Assembly (NCBI RefSeq): GCF_964194025.1
Contig: NC_134477.1
Location: forward strand, 37,324,001-37,388,000
Origin: Convolutriloba macropyga
Lineage: Eukaryota
DNA: 64,000 nt
Reading direction: 5' to 3'
This document shows, piece after piece, positions 11,913-24,100 of the stretch (position 1 is the first letter of the stretch; every line of letters begins with the position of its first letter). A program made the translations under genes and the position numbers. A model generated the notes under the pieces. It made no database searches, had not been told where the DNA came from, and was given only the letters and a program-made list of their open reading frames with translations.

Positions 11913-13489
11913 TATTTTTATACTACTCTGATGAATTTGACAATTTGTGTGTTGTCCGCTTTAATCATTCATGTCATTGTACGTAACTCTCCTGCAATTT
12001 ACTTTGCTAGCTTCTTGATTTGAATTCAATCAATTTTTGGCTGTGTTTTCGTTTTTGTTAAATGTAGAACTTTAAAAAGTTTGTTGATATTTCAATTTAG
12101 AATTCTTAAATCGGAAACAGTGTTAGGCTTTACGCTTTAATGTTGCGTCTTTTTGATTTAAGAACCTTTCTGCTTCCATAAAAATTACTTAATTTCAAGA
12201 TTATTTAGTTTTTTTGCCTTCTTGCACAATTTTCACAAAATCAGATGTTATTTGCACCGTTCTTTGACGACTCAACGCGAATCATTTTTTGATCAAACGC
12301 TTTAACGAATTATTGGAAAGCTCAGACGTGCGATCTAATAGTCTTCCTCGCAAAGGGTCCAAAACGCACTTGACGGAGAAGGCCAGGAAGAATTTTGGGT
12401 GCAATCTGAAGGAGCTTACGAAAAACATGTTCATCGATTCTGTCCAATTTTAATGTGCGGTTTTGTTTTGTTAGAATTTGCATAATTTTTTTACTTACAT
12501 TCTTGATTTTAAACTCCTTTGATGAATTTGACAACTTGTGTGTTGTCTGCTTAAGTCATTCATCGCATTGTACGTAGATCTCCCGCAATTTACTTTGCTA
12601 GCTTCTTGATTTGAATTCAATCAATTTTTGGCTCTGTTTTTGGTTTTGTTAAATGTGGCACTTTGAATAGGTTGTTGATATTTCAATTTAGAATTCTTAA
12701 ATCGGAAACAGTGTTAGGCTTTACGCTTTAATGTTGCGTCTTTTTGATTTAAGAACCTTTCTGCTTCCATAAAAATTACATAATTTCAAGATTATTTAGT
12801 TTTTTTGCCTTCTTGCACAATTTTCACAAAATTTTTAAATAATTTTCAGTCTTGTGGGTATACATAGATACACGAACACATGTGTAAACACATAAAGAGG
12901 TTTTCTTGTTGCGTATTGTTGCTTGAAAGACCTTTCGGCGTTCTTAATAAATAATGAACTTTGAAGATCAGTTCTTTTGCCTTCTTGCAAAATATAGCAT
13001 AACATAACAACAATCCCAGCTGCACGAGTCGTCGCACGGAGGAAGGCCATGAGGTCCGAAACCCGATATCAGTCAGTTAAATCTCACACCACCCACACCT
13101 TTCTGAAATGATGTTTTTGATCATTAAGTTAATCCGATCAATAAGATCGGAAAGTGTTTTCCAAATTTCTTTCCAATTCCTTTGACGGTCATGTTTACTT
13201 TAGCTATTTTAATACTGCACTCAAAGTTTGATTGTGTTCCTGTACTTTCAGAACATGACTCTGTTGCTACCTTGAGTGAGATGATTGACTCTGCTGCAGA
13301 AGGTAATGAAGCATTGTCAAACTACCTCTCCCAACAAAAAGCAGTGACGTGAGTGATTGAGTCAAACACCAATGCAAGTTCGTCAGCAGAAGCAGGTGAT
13401 TTTTTCTTTAGGATTCTTCTGCTGTGAAAAGCAGTTGTTTTAGTGATGTTGGTCTTAGAGTATATCCCCCTTTAAATGCTAATACCAAA

Positions 13490-15322
13490 CATAGCCCGCC
13501 GATTGCCGGAATAGCTGCGAAAGAATAGACCTGCGTGCCATATAATTGAGATAGAAACAGACACAGATCTAAATTGAAAAACTCGACGCCGCTCAAAAAA
13601 ATAGGTAAAAACATTCAGCGATAAATTAATAAAGCTTGTTAAAACTCATTCCGCTAAAAGCCTCTTGTTAGGGACCTGTACTGCACATATGAGTTCCTTT
13701 GACCTTAAACAAATTCAAATTAAACATAAGTTTTAAAGTGCAAAAGTCATTTTATTGAGTGAGGTAAGTCACGTATGATCAAAATCTAATCACGCAAATA
13801 ACCTAAAAAGCGAGTGATAAATGACGTCACGCGCGCAAATGCCGTTAGTGAGAGGAAGAAATCATTCAGATAATTTGAATTTTTCAGCTTTGCTGAGTGA
13901 ACAAGTGTAAAACGAAAAAAGAGCGTCAGACGACGAATAAAAAAAACATAGCCGGAAGAATTCCGGAAACGACTCCAAGAGTCGTCTTCATGAAGGAATT
14001 ACCTTTCAAACAAACTGTTATATAATAAAATGACTATAAACAAGAACCAAAACTCCGTCAAAATGCATAAAACCAACTAAACTAAAAATTACATTCCTCC
14101 TGCATATAAAACAATCCATTTCTTTTTACGCAATTGAAAACATCAAAGCACGCGAGCATCAGAAATCAAGCCATATTAGGCTCCCAAAATTTTAATTTAT
14201 AGGAAAAAGTTGAATACTGCAAGAAATGGCCGAAAGTTGTTACAAAATTTTTCAATTTTTGTAAACTCTCAATCGAAACTTTATTTTCAATATAAAACAG
14301 AAATCAGTTGGCAACTAAATAAACTTTGCCGCTTTAACTGTAAACAATAGTTGTTGCTTCAAACCAGAATGAACCCGATAAAACTAAACAATGACCAAAA
14401 AATTAATCAAATCGAAATTAATCATGAAAAGGACTAAAGAGACAGAACATTATTCAGACGCAAAAATTCGTATTTTACCAAAACCAAGCCCTAAGAATAT
14501 TCGCAAAAAAAGTTGTTCAATATTTGTAAAAGTGAAGGTATTAAAACCTCAGTACCGTATTGCATTGAATTAAATCAACTGCAAAAAAAATTCAAGGCAA
14601 AATGACAAAAATATTACTTCAAATCAAACAAAAAAATTCAAGGAAAACGACCAAAAAATTAGTTCAAATCAATTAGTTTAAGTTTTATAAAAGCAGACAG
14701 GGCGAATAAAACTGTAATTCATAGGAAAATGGTAAAAAAACATGCTAGAATAGGGAGAACACATACATTGTGATAAAGATTAAAAATAATTCGCAATTTC
14801 TGAAAAATCGAAATTAAACCGGCAAAACTAATTAAAATTCAAAATGAAAAAAAATGAAAAGATGGTTTTTTTGCTAATAAGCAATCGTGGTCTAAGAACA
14901 CTACATAGCCATCTTCCTGTCTCAGAGGTGAAAAGTGAAAAGAGCGCAATTGCGAAACAGTAGAACAATTTGCAAAAAAATTGTTCAAAATATGGTAAAA
15001 ATTTTCACTGAATTTAGAAGAGTTGAGGCCAAAAACAACTCAATTAGCAACAAAACGAAATCGAAACTAACGATGGAGCACCAAAAGACTTTTAATGATT
15101 GATAAACTCAAAAAAAAAAACAAAATTTTGACAAAAACCACCAAAATTGTATTAGTAGTTGTACAATTTTGTAAAACAAAAACACCTCACGTCCAAAGGA
15201 GGCATCCAATTCAGGAAATATCAACAAGACGTTGACATATGTACTAATTGGCTAAACTAAAGTCCGCTTAAAAAGCCAAAAATGAAGCAATTAGTGAAAA
15301 AAACAAAAATTGACAAAAAAAA
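13490..15322. mobile_element. Non-autonomous DNA-transposon-like element, 3'-truncated, starting CATAGC
   Basis: Interrupts the array unit after AATACCAA and the unit resumes at GTCAAAATAGGTA; collinear with 40979-42820. Confidence 0.65.
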
Positions 15323-15503
15323 TTTTTTCGTCAAAATAGGTAGTAGAAAAAAAAATGTAATGAGTAATAGTATTAATGTTTAAGACCGAAAAGAGAACCC
15401 AAAAAGGCTGGGCGAACCATTCGCAAATGACTGATTCTTACCTCAGAATAAGAAAACAAAACCAGCTTTCTCCGGCTACCAAGAACTGGGAAGAATCGTA
15501 AAG

Positions 15504-16013
15504 ATGACATCTGGAAAGAGCCTTGAGTTTACGTGGACTGGATTCCGTAACGAGTTCAGTGTGGACGCTGCTCTAATTGGGGATTCCATTATCTACAATA
15601 TCAGTGTAAACAATGTACAAACTTAATCTTTGTTTGGCGGCACGGCGAGGGTTATGCCAACTCTGAAGTCTTACAAAAAGATCATAGTTAGTGTCGGAGG
15701 CATTAACCTCTCGTATTTCAACGAACCTGGCCAGACTCACGGTAGTGTGCATGAAGAGCTGAAGGATTTGGGAGCAGCAATCAAGAACCTGGATCAGAAG
15801 CCGGATGTTATTTGCACCGTTCTTCGACGATTCAACGCGAATCATTTTTTGATCAAACGCTTTAACGAATTATTGGAAAGCTCAGACGTGCGATCAAATA
15901 GTCTTCCTCGCAAAGGGTCCAAAACGCACTTGACGGAGAAGGCCAGGAAGAATTTTGGGTGCAATCTGAAGGAGCTTACGAAAAACATGTTCATCGATTC
16001 TGTCCAATTTTAA
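15504..16013 (+). pseudogene. SGNH/GDSL hydrolase-like copy, near full length
   Basis: In-frame MTSGKSL...ALIGDSII...(one stop ~15624)...VGGIN...KTHLTEK...DSVQF; the Asp of DxxH is deleted. Confidence 0.75.
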
Positions 16014-18311
16014 TGTGCGGTTTTGTTTTGTTAGAATTTGCATAATTTTTTTACTTACATTCTTGATTTTAAACTCCTTTGATGAATTTGACAACTTGTG
16101 TGTTGTCTGCTTAAGTCATTCATCGCATTGTACGTAGATCTCCCGCAATTTACTTTGCTAGCTTCTTGATTTGAATTCAATCAATTTTTGGCTCTGTTTT
16201 TGGTTTTGTTAAATGTGGCACTTTGAATAGGTTGTTGATATTTCAACTTAGAATTCTTAAATCGGAAACAGTGTTAGGCTTCACGCTTCATTTTTGCGTG
16301 CAAAATTTTCACAAAACTTTTAAAGAATTTTCTGTCTTGTGGGTATACATAAATGTGTAAATACATAAAGAGGTATTCACTTATGTAGACCTTTTTGCAG
16401 AATAGCAAATTAAATGGTTACATTGGACAGTTTTATATTATAAAAACTTTTTGCTATTGAGATTGGCTTATTTTCAGTTATTTCAATTTAAAATAGCTAG
16501 GTGTGTTGACATTATTTACATGCAATACTTACGTATTTAGAGGTTTTCATATACTTCGTCTCTGTGCCGAATTGTCCAGACCGGTTTTTCAGCTTTAAAA
16601 GTAAGTGATATTTACATGACGAGAGTATTTGTGTTACAGACACCTTTTATTGGTTGAATATTTCTGTCTCTTGCAATAAGTTCAAAATAGTATTTTTAAA
16701 ATGAAATGTCTCAATTTCTGTTGCCAAATCGATGGCTTGTTATGTCGTCAAAGGACACGAACAATCAGATCTAACGATCAGATCTGGGGCCCAAAAAAAT
16801 TGATTGATCGGCTTTGTGTGCTTCCAATTAAGATCCCGTGGTCAGCAACGAAGAGTTTAACGCTCTAACTCAAATTTAATTATTCTTGGCATTGTACGTA
16901 CCTCTCCTGCAATTTACTTTGCTAGCTTCTTGATTTATATTCTTGGCTCTGTTTTTGGCTCTGTTTCGTTTTTGGCTTTGTTATATGTAGAACTTTAAAA
17001 AGTTTCTTGATATTTCTATTTAGAACTCTTAAATCGTAAACAGTGTTAGGCTTCACGCTTCATTTTTGCGTCTTTTTGATTTTAAAACCTTTCTGCGTTC
17101 ATAAAAATTAAAGAATTTCAAGATTAGTTAGTTTTTTTGCCTTCTTGCACAATTTTCACCAAATTTTTAAAGAATTTTCTGTCTTGTGGGTATACATACA
17201 TACATGTGTAAATACATATGAAGGTATTCATTAATGTATACCATTTTACAGATTACCAAATTAAATGGTTACATTGGACAGTTTTATATTATAAAAACTT
17301 TTTCCTGTTGCGATTGGCTTGTTTTCAGTTATTTCACTTTAAAATAGCTAGGTGTGTTGACAATATTTACATGCAATACTTACGTATTTAGAGGTCTTCA
17401 TATAATTCGTCTCTGTGCAGAATTGTTCAGACCGGTTTTTCAGCTTTAAAAGTAACAGTGATATTTGCATGACGAGAGTAATTGAGTTGAAGGCACAATT
17501 TATTGGTTGAATACTTCTGTCTCTTGCAATAATTTCGAAATAGTATTTTAAAAAAGAAATGTCTCAAGCTCTGTTTCCAAATCGATGGCTTGTTATGTCG
17601 TCAAGTGGACACGAATAATCAGATCTAACAATCAGATTTGGGGCCCAAAAAATGATTGATTGGCTTTGTGTCCTTGACGACGGAAAAGTTACTTCGTACC
17701 CGTATGGAGAACATGAAGATTATGTGATGCTTAAGCAATGTCTGAGGTCTTTGAACACTGAATTAGAAGCGACAAGAGCAAGAATGTCAAGGTATATTTC
17801 TAATGAAGATCCTGTGGTCCGCAACGAAGACTTTAACGCTCTATCTCAAAAGAATCAAAACACAGAGAAATCCCTAGTTATAATAGTCAACAGACAGCTT
17901 GGAATTAACCTCGTGACTCCAATGATTCTTCGGCCACATCTGCGGGAACTTGTTCCCCGGCTGGTTCAGTTCTTGATGTTGATTCTATTGAGGTAATTCT
18001 TCACTCCTGCGCAAATTTGATGTTCAAAGTTTTTGGAAAGGAAGCTTAGTTATTAGTTTGAATTTTTGTCTTTAATATGAAGTTTAATTGTAAACTTTGA
18101 CTAAACTTGACGCTTCAAAATTGATTAAAAACTTCGCTAAGTTGAGGTGATTTTATATTTCTAATTAAATGTGAAGCTTTTTCAAAGAAACTTAGTTAAT
18201 AGTCTGAGACTTTGTCGTTAATCTGAAACTTAATTCTGAAATTTTAATCTAAATAAGCGCCACAGAGAGGTTCAGTTTACAATTTTTTTTTCTGATTCTT
18301 TGATCTTTCAG

Positions 18312-18858
18312 AATGTAGTTTTTTGAAGAGTTTCGTGTTCAGTGCTGCAAATTTCATAACAGAGTGGCTGCACACTGTCGTGAGGTCGAAGAAACTGTCT
18401 TGCATCTTGAATATACTCTTGAGACAACCATAAATGAGAGCAACAATCGATTTGCGAGAAAAACACCTAGAGCCACTTCGTTACATTTTTGTCAAATTGG
18501 AAAAGCCAGTTTGGTGACCTTAAAAACGTTTTAACCCTTTAGCTTCTAGGTCTCAGAAGCTTACAAAACGTTCGTTCCAATAACTCTGATTCTGATATGA
18601 CTGATGGCGATGTAAAAGAACGAGATTTTTTGATGAAGAATGAAATTTTGGCCGAAGTAGGACCAAATCCTGTCTTTCAGTTTGAATCAAATGGTCGCAA
18701 CTTGGATAATATTTCCGACGGCAACCACTCAGATCAATACGGCTTGGCTTTAAGATTAAACATTTTTGGCAAGGATGGTCCCTCCGATGTTATGGTTCGG
18801 CCAAAAAGATCTGGCACCCGTCCTGCTTCTAGGAAACAACTGCTTCTGACCTTTCAGA
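18312..18858 (+). pseudogene. Unknown spliced gene remnant(s)
   Basis: Acceptor TTTCAG at ~18311; 91-aa ORF 18597..18872 with a GTAAGT donor at 18859. Confidence 0.3.
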
Positions 18859-19991
18859 GTAAGTTTTGCTAGTTTTCAGTAATTAGCTGCTTGAAAGCTT
18901 ATATTGTAATATATAAAATATATTACAATAAAAACATATATGGTAACTACTGATACAAAATAAACATATATTTGGTAACTTATTTAAAGGAGCTGTACAG
19001 AAGAGATTTTCTCAAGATTGCTACCCGAAAGCCATAAATGCTGCAAAGCAAAACAGCTCGCAAGCAAACAACAATTAGATAGTTGATAGTGACAATTTCT
19101 GAATGTTATTGACTGTGGTGCTTTGATTTACTGTTTATGTTGAGCTACTATGTTAGAATTTGCTTAACTTTGAATGAGGAGCTTGTTTCCGGCGCAGAAT
19201 TTTATCGTGTTAAGGTTTAATATTAAAGTTACATTGGTGCTTTTGATTTACTGTTTAGGTTGAGCTACTATATAAGAGTTTATTCAAATTTTTTGGAAAA
19301 CTTTGGTTCCGATCCAGACTTTTATTGCATTAAAATTTTTTCATTGGCTGGACAATAATTAGATAGTCATCATAGAAACATTCTGAAGATGTTTGAAAAA
19401 ACCTATATAGAATTTGTTTAACTTTTTTTTGAAAAACTTTTGTTTCCGATTCAAGATTTTAATATCTTAAGGTTTAGATAGTTGTGATTTGAAAGTTGTG
19501 ATTTGATTGATTTGATTTCGTAATTCTTCAGAGGCTCAGCTTTACTGTTAATTGCTTAACGGTTTATGCAGTGTGAAAAAACTAACTAAGTTTTTCGATA
19601 CTAGCATAAATTCAAAGTTAAATTGAGCGCTGGATTTCTTCTTTTCTAACTGAATCAATGTGTTCTTTTCCTCAATGTGTTCTTTTCCTATCATCTTGAA
19701 ACTTTGATTTTTTCAAGTGGCAGAAAAGTGAAAGCCCCTCATTATAGTTCGGTATCAGAAAAAGAACCTAGCAGTACGATACGTCGTCAGAAGTTGGACA
19801 CTTGTTTTCTCTTTTCGCACAATTACGATGTCTTCTCCATTAAAGTTGAGTCTAGTGTCTGGCAAATGGGAACAATACTTGAGGTTAAATTGAATTTGCA
19901 GACCAAAGAAATTATGGATCTCCTTTACAAAGGTAAAGAGCCCGCAGAAGCAACTTTCCACTAACTGGTATCAAATGAGCTCATTTCAGCT

Positions 19992-21118
19992 TGTTGAGGT
20001 TGAGCTTAACAACTCATTAACCAAATTGAATAGCGCTTCAAGGCCATTTCAAGCATCAAAGCTAGAATAGCATGACAAGCGATATTTAATGCTACATTCT
20101 ATCAAAGCCATACGGATATGTTCATTTTGTTCAACAATTATATTCAGTAACCATTATTAGTGCGCAATCGTCATACATGAAGTGAAACTCAAACTCGAAC
20201 TACCTCAACCACCAGCAAAACAATACTACGACTTGACAGTATTGCATCAGATTCTTTGCGATTGGATTGCGAATCAACCTGTTATTGATACAAAATATTC
20301 GCCAAAACTTCTACACGGTTAGCAAATTTCCCATGACATCAAATTTACACTGAAAAAGTGACGTTATGGAAAAGTGTTCACATTCTGTCGACATTATTAT
20401 CTACAACCAATCAACAGTTGAATTTGACATGTATATCCACGTGACTAGCAGCATAAAAGGAGCTTGAAAAACTACCAAAAATCAGTTGAAACTCGTTGTT
20501 TTGGTTATATTAAACTGACATACAGCGCGTATTGAAGCACACTTTCTTGAGCGGTAAATTACTTGTTATCGTGTCTTGTTTCTGTAGATCACTTCATTTC
20601 TGAAGTCAGTTTCTCTTACTGGCTTTAACGAAGCCTACTCTAGTTTGATATTGGTTGTTATTGAAACCAATAGAGAGACTTGTTAACTTTGAATTTAGAA
20701 AAATTATTATTATCAAATTTGCAAATGGTAAAACTGCCCGTTTAACAACTGTTAACTGCAGCAGGTTGAAACTTTGCATAACTATAGCCAGGTTAAAGGA
20801 CTACAATTTGTAGGAACGGGAATTCCTAAATTCGGTTTATAGATTGAGTTATTAACAAAAACTCAAAAATTTCGATTGTTTCAATTTGAATTATTTGTTA
20901 TTCTGAGAGAAACAATTTTGTTATTCAGCAATGCTGAGCAATTAGTTATCAGGAGTAATAGAGCAACAAGTAATGCAACGGCATTCTACAGTATAGCGGA
21001 TAATACAGTTCACAAAGGTTAACTGCAAAAACAAAATATCCGGACAGATTTGAAACCGCTGAAACGAACTGGGCGGTGTAAAGTTTTCCTTGACTTTGAT
21101 AGGAGAGCAGCCGTTACA
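19992..21118 (+). repeat. 5' LTR (1127 bp)
   Basis: TGTTGAGG...CCGTTACA, matches 27044-28289. Confidence 0.95.
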
Positions 21119-21120
21119 TT

Positions 21121-21137
21121 TGGTCCGCCGACCCGGA
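21121..21137 (+). promoter_or_regulatory. Primer-binding site, probably tRNA-Tyr
   Basis: TGGTCCGCCGACCCGGA 2 nt after the LTR; resembles the tRNA-Tyr PBS TGGTCCTTCGAGCCGG common in BEL elements. Confidence 0.75.
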
Positions 21138-21166
21138 CAGTGGAAGGCAAACTGCTGTCCAATCTG

Positions 21167-24100
21167 ATGAAGAGAGTGCCGAAGGCACGCCCCAAAGAGA
21201 ATCAAACAGATCAACAGCAACAGGTCAGTGAGACAGAGCGAAAGGTGCGAGTGCAATTCACAAAAAGCGTTGAAGAGCTAACCTCGCTTAAAAGGAATAA
21301 GCAAAGCAAAAGCAAACAGCAACCAAGCAATCCAAGCACAACCCACAGAGAGGAGCTTCAATCAACAGCCCAAAGGCACGACAAGAAGTTCCAAGATTTA
21401 GTGGAAGAAGAAGTTAACACTAAAAGAAAGCTTGGCTACAAAATAATTGAAGATTCAGATCGACCCAACAAACTAAAGGTCCTCTATCAACAGACTGTTC
21501 ACCTCCTAGAGGAAGAAATACCCAAGCAACTGCAGCGTCGAAACAAGCTTGTGCCCTACCAAGCAAATTTTGTTGAAAAACAACTGAAAGAAGCAAGGAA
21601 GTGCAAAGCAAATTTGGACAATCATTGGCTTGCATACATAAGCAAAGGCACGCAATCAGCAATGAATGCAGAGCAAAGCAACGCAACCCAAGCAGTGAAC
21701 GACAGCGAGAGCAACAACAACTACCCAACGGATAATCCAGTTGCTCAAACAGTACAAAATGGAGCAACAGCAATCTTCAGCAAAGCAAAGGCGTGAGGAA
21801 AGGATGAAGAAATTCGATATTGAATTCAAAACAAAAATGCGACTGGAACAGGCACGGTTCGAGCGGAGGATGCTAGAGCTGGAAATGCAAATGAAGGAAC
21901 TGGAAACCAGGTATCAACTACTGGAGGTAGAACGTGAGCTAGAGCGCAAAATGAAGAGAACAGCATTAGAGAATGATGATGTTCGTTCCCAATCAACTTA
22001 TGCTCACCCCTTAAACAGACAAATCACCCTTAAACTGGACACCCAAGAAGAGAGATGTTTCTGACTGGGGCAGCAGAATCGACAACCTTCTAACACCAGA
22101 TCGATCAACAGCTCGCTTCGAAGACCCCTGAAGTGAACAGGCAAAGTCACTTCTCACGATATCGCAGTTCACGAGACCGTTCCTCAAGTGTTGAAGACCG
22201 GGACGTTTCCCCCAGAGCTGGTCGACTACGATACAACAGTGGGTACGCAAGTAGCAGTCACATACCAAATCTAAGTTGAATAACTTCGACGGAAACCCCC
22301 TCGAATGGCCGGAGTGGTCTAGTATGTTCATTGCTACAGTGGATCAACGCCCAATACCGGACTCAGAGAAGATGAACCACCTGAAGACTCTACTGACAGG
22401 CAAAGCAAGGTCAGCAATCTCTGGAATGGGCTATTCTGGACAATTATATGGTGCTGCAAGCAGCATTCTGGAAAGGAAGTTTGGAAGGCCTCATGTGATC
22501 ATTGACGCACAACTGGAGAGTCTTCGCAAAGCAACTCAGGTGAAATCTCACGACTCAACAGGTCTGATCAGTTTCTCAGTTATTGTTTCAAACTTTGTGA
22601 ATGTGCTCAAGGAGTACAAGCAGATTGGTGATCTGCAATCAAGCTCGACACTGTATATGGCAGATAAACTACCTCAAGTTCTCAAAGAGAAGTGGTGGTT
22701 CTATGTTGATGATAAAGATGAAGATTGGCCTGATCTTATTATGTTTGAAAAATGCCTATCTAGGATGGCTTTCGTGCACGAAGGGTTTTCAGCTTTCAAG
22801 GGAGAGCGAAGAGAAGAAGACCGAAGAAGCACAAATAGAGACAAACGGTTCTCGAAAACATCGAACTTTAGTGCAAGTTCGAACGTGAAGGAACCAAAGC
22901 AAATGCAAAGTGATCACTGTCCGCTAGCTGATGGCACTCATAAAATATGGAACTGTCCACTATTCAGGAACATGAGTGTGGATGATCGGTACGCAGCAGT
23001 GAGGAAGCAACGCTTATGTTACGGATGTCTAGACAAATGACATGCAATCAAAGATTGTAAAGTCAATGCGTGCGGTATCAATGGATGCATCAAGAAGCAC
23101 AACCGATTGCTACACTCAGAAAACCAAATGGACGGGGGCAATCACGCAGTCAATGTAAGCGCAGCAACAATCAACCAAAGTAACGAAGTTACAAGCTTTC
23201 TTCAGATAGTTCCTGTCTCAATACAGAGCGGTGGCAACAGGCTGAATACATATGCTTTTCTTGATAGTGGATCAACGGTTTCATTCATCGATCAAAGTGT
23301 GCAAGAGAAGTTACGAGCCCAAGGCACCGGTGAGACGCTCAACATAGCTGGCATACACGGAACAAAGGATCTGAAGAAAGAAAAAGTTCCTCTCAAAATA
23401 AAGGGACTACATTCAAAGGTGCATTCAATCGAAGCGTTTGCACACCCGTCAATCTCCTTGGGAAACACAAACTACAACTACAGCAAGCTGAAGCAAAGTT
23501 TCAATCACTTGAGTGTTTTACCCAACAAAAGCTTCAACTTGGAAGTTGGCACCATCCTTGGTCAAGATGCTTATGAGCTACAACGCCCATTGGACTACAA
23601 GATAGGAACACGAAGTGAACCTTTCGCCGTTCTAACAGAGCTAGGATGGGTAGTCAGTGGACCCATCACGGGCAAACGAAGACAAAAAGTTTGTCATTTC
23701 GCCTTCACTGAAGATGTGAAAGTGGCTGAGAATATCCAAACCTGGTGGGACATAGAAACCTATGCCTCCAAAATCAACGTCGTCAGTCAGCCGAAGAAGG
23801 AACTGAAGGCACAAAAGATGCTAGAGTGTACGACAAAGTTCACAGGCGAGCGGTACGAAGTCAGAATGCTGTGGAGTGAACCAGAGCCAAACTTACCCAA
23901 CAACTACAGCTCAGCCCTGGGTCAGCTTTACTCACTGGAGCGAAGATTCCAAAGGGACCCAAACCTGAAGAGTTTGTATCAACAGTCAATAGATACAGAT
24001 GTAGAAAAGGGATTCGTAAAGATATAGGACGAATCCGAAGTGAAAGGCACCTTCGGGAAAGAATGGTATTTGCCCCACCATCCAGTACTAAACCCGAACA

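Larger units (their letters stand above)
2020..16300 (+). repeat. Complex nested tandem-duplication array; unit = minus-strand ORF X remnant + (TAG/TAA)n tract + leader + SGNH-like gene + AT-rich tail
   Basis: Shared anchors recur: ATCCCAGCTGCACG-like at ~2028, 4771, 6956, 13013; GCAAATGACTGC...AAAACCAG...GGCTACCAAG leaders at ~2630, 3110, 3640, 3980, 5285, 5815, 6160, 10440, 15425; near-exact 479-bp duplication 2608-3086/3087-3565; ~12243-12730 nearly identical to ~15803-16290. Confidence 0.9.

Noticed and set aside
14391-14573. Lys-rich ORFs inside the CATAGC elements (also 42066-42525)
   Set aside because: Explained by A-rich strand bias; not conserved between the two copies
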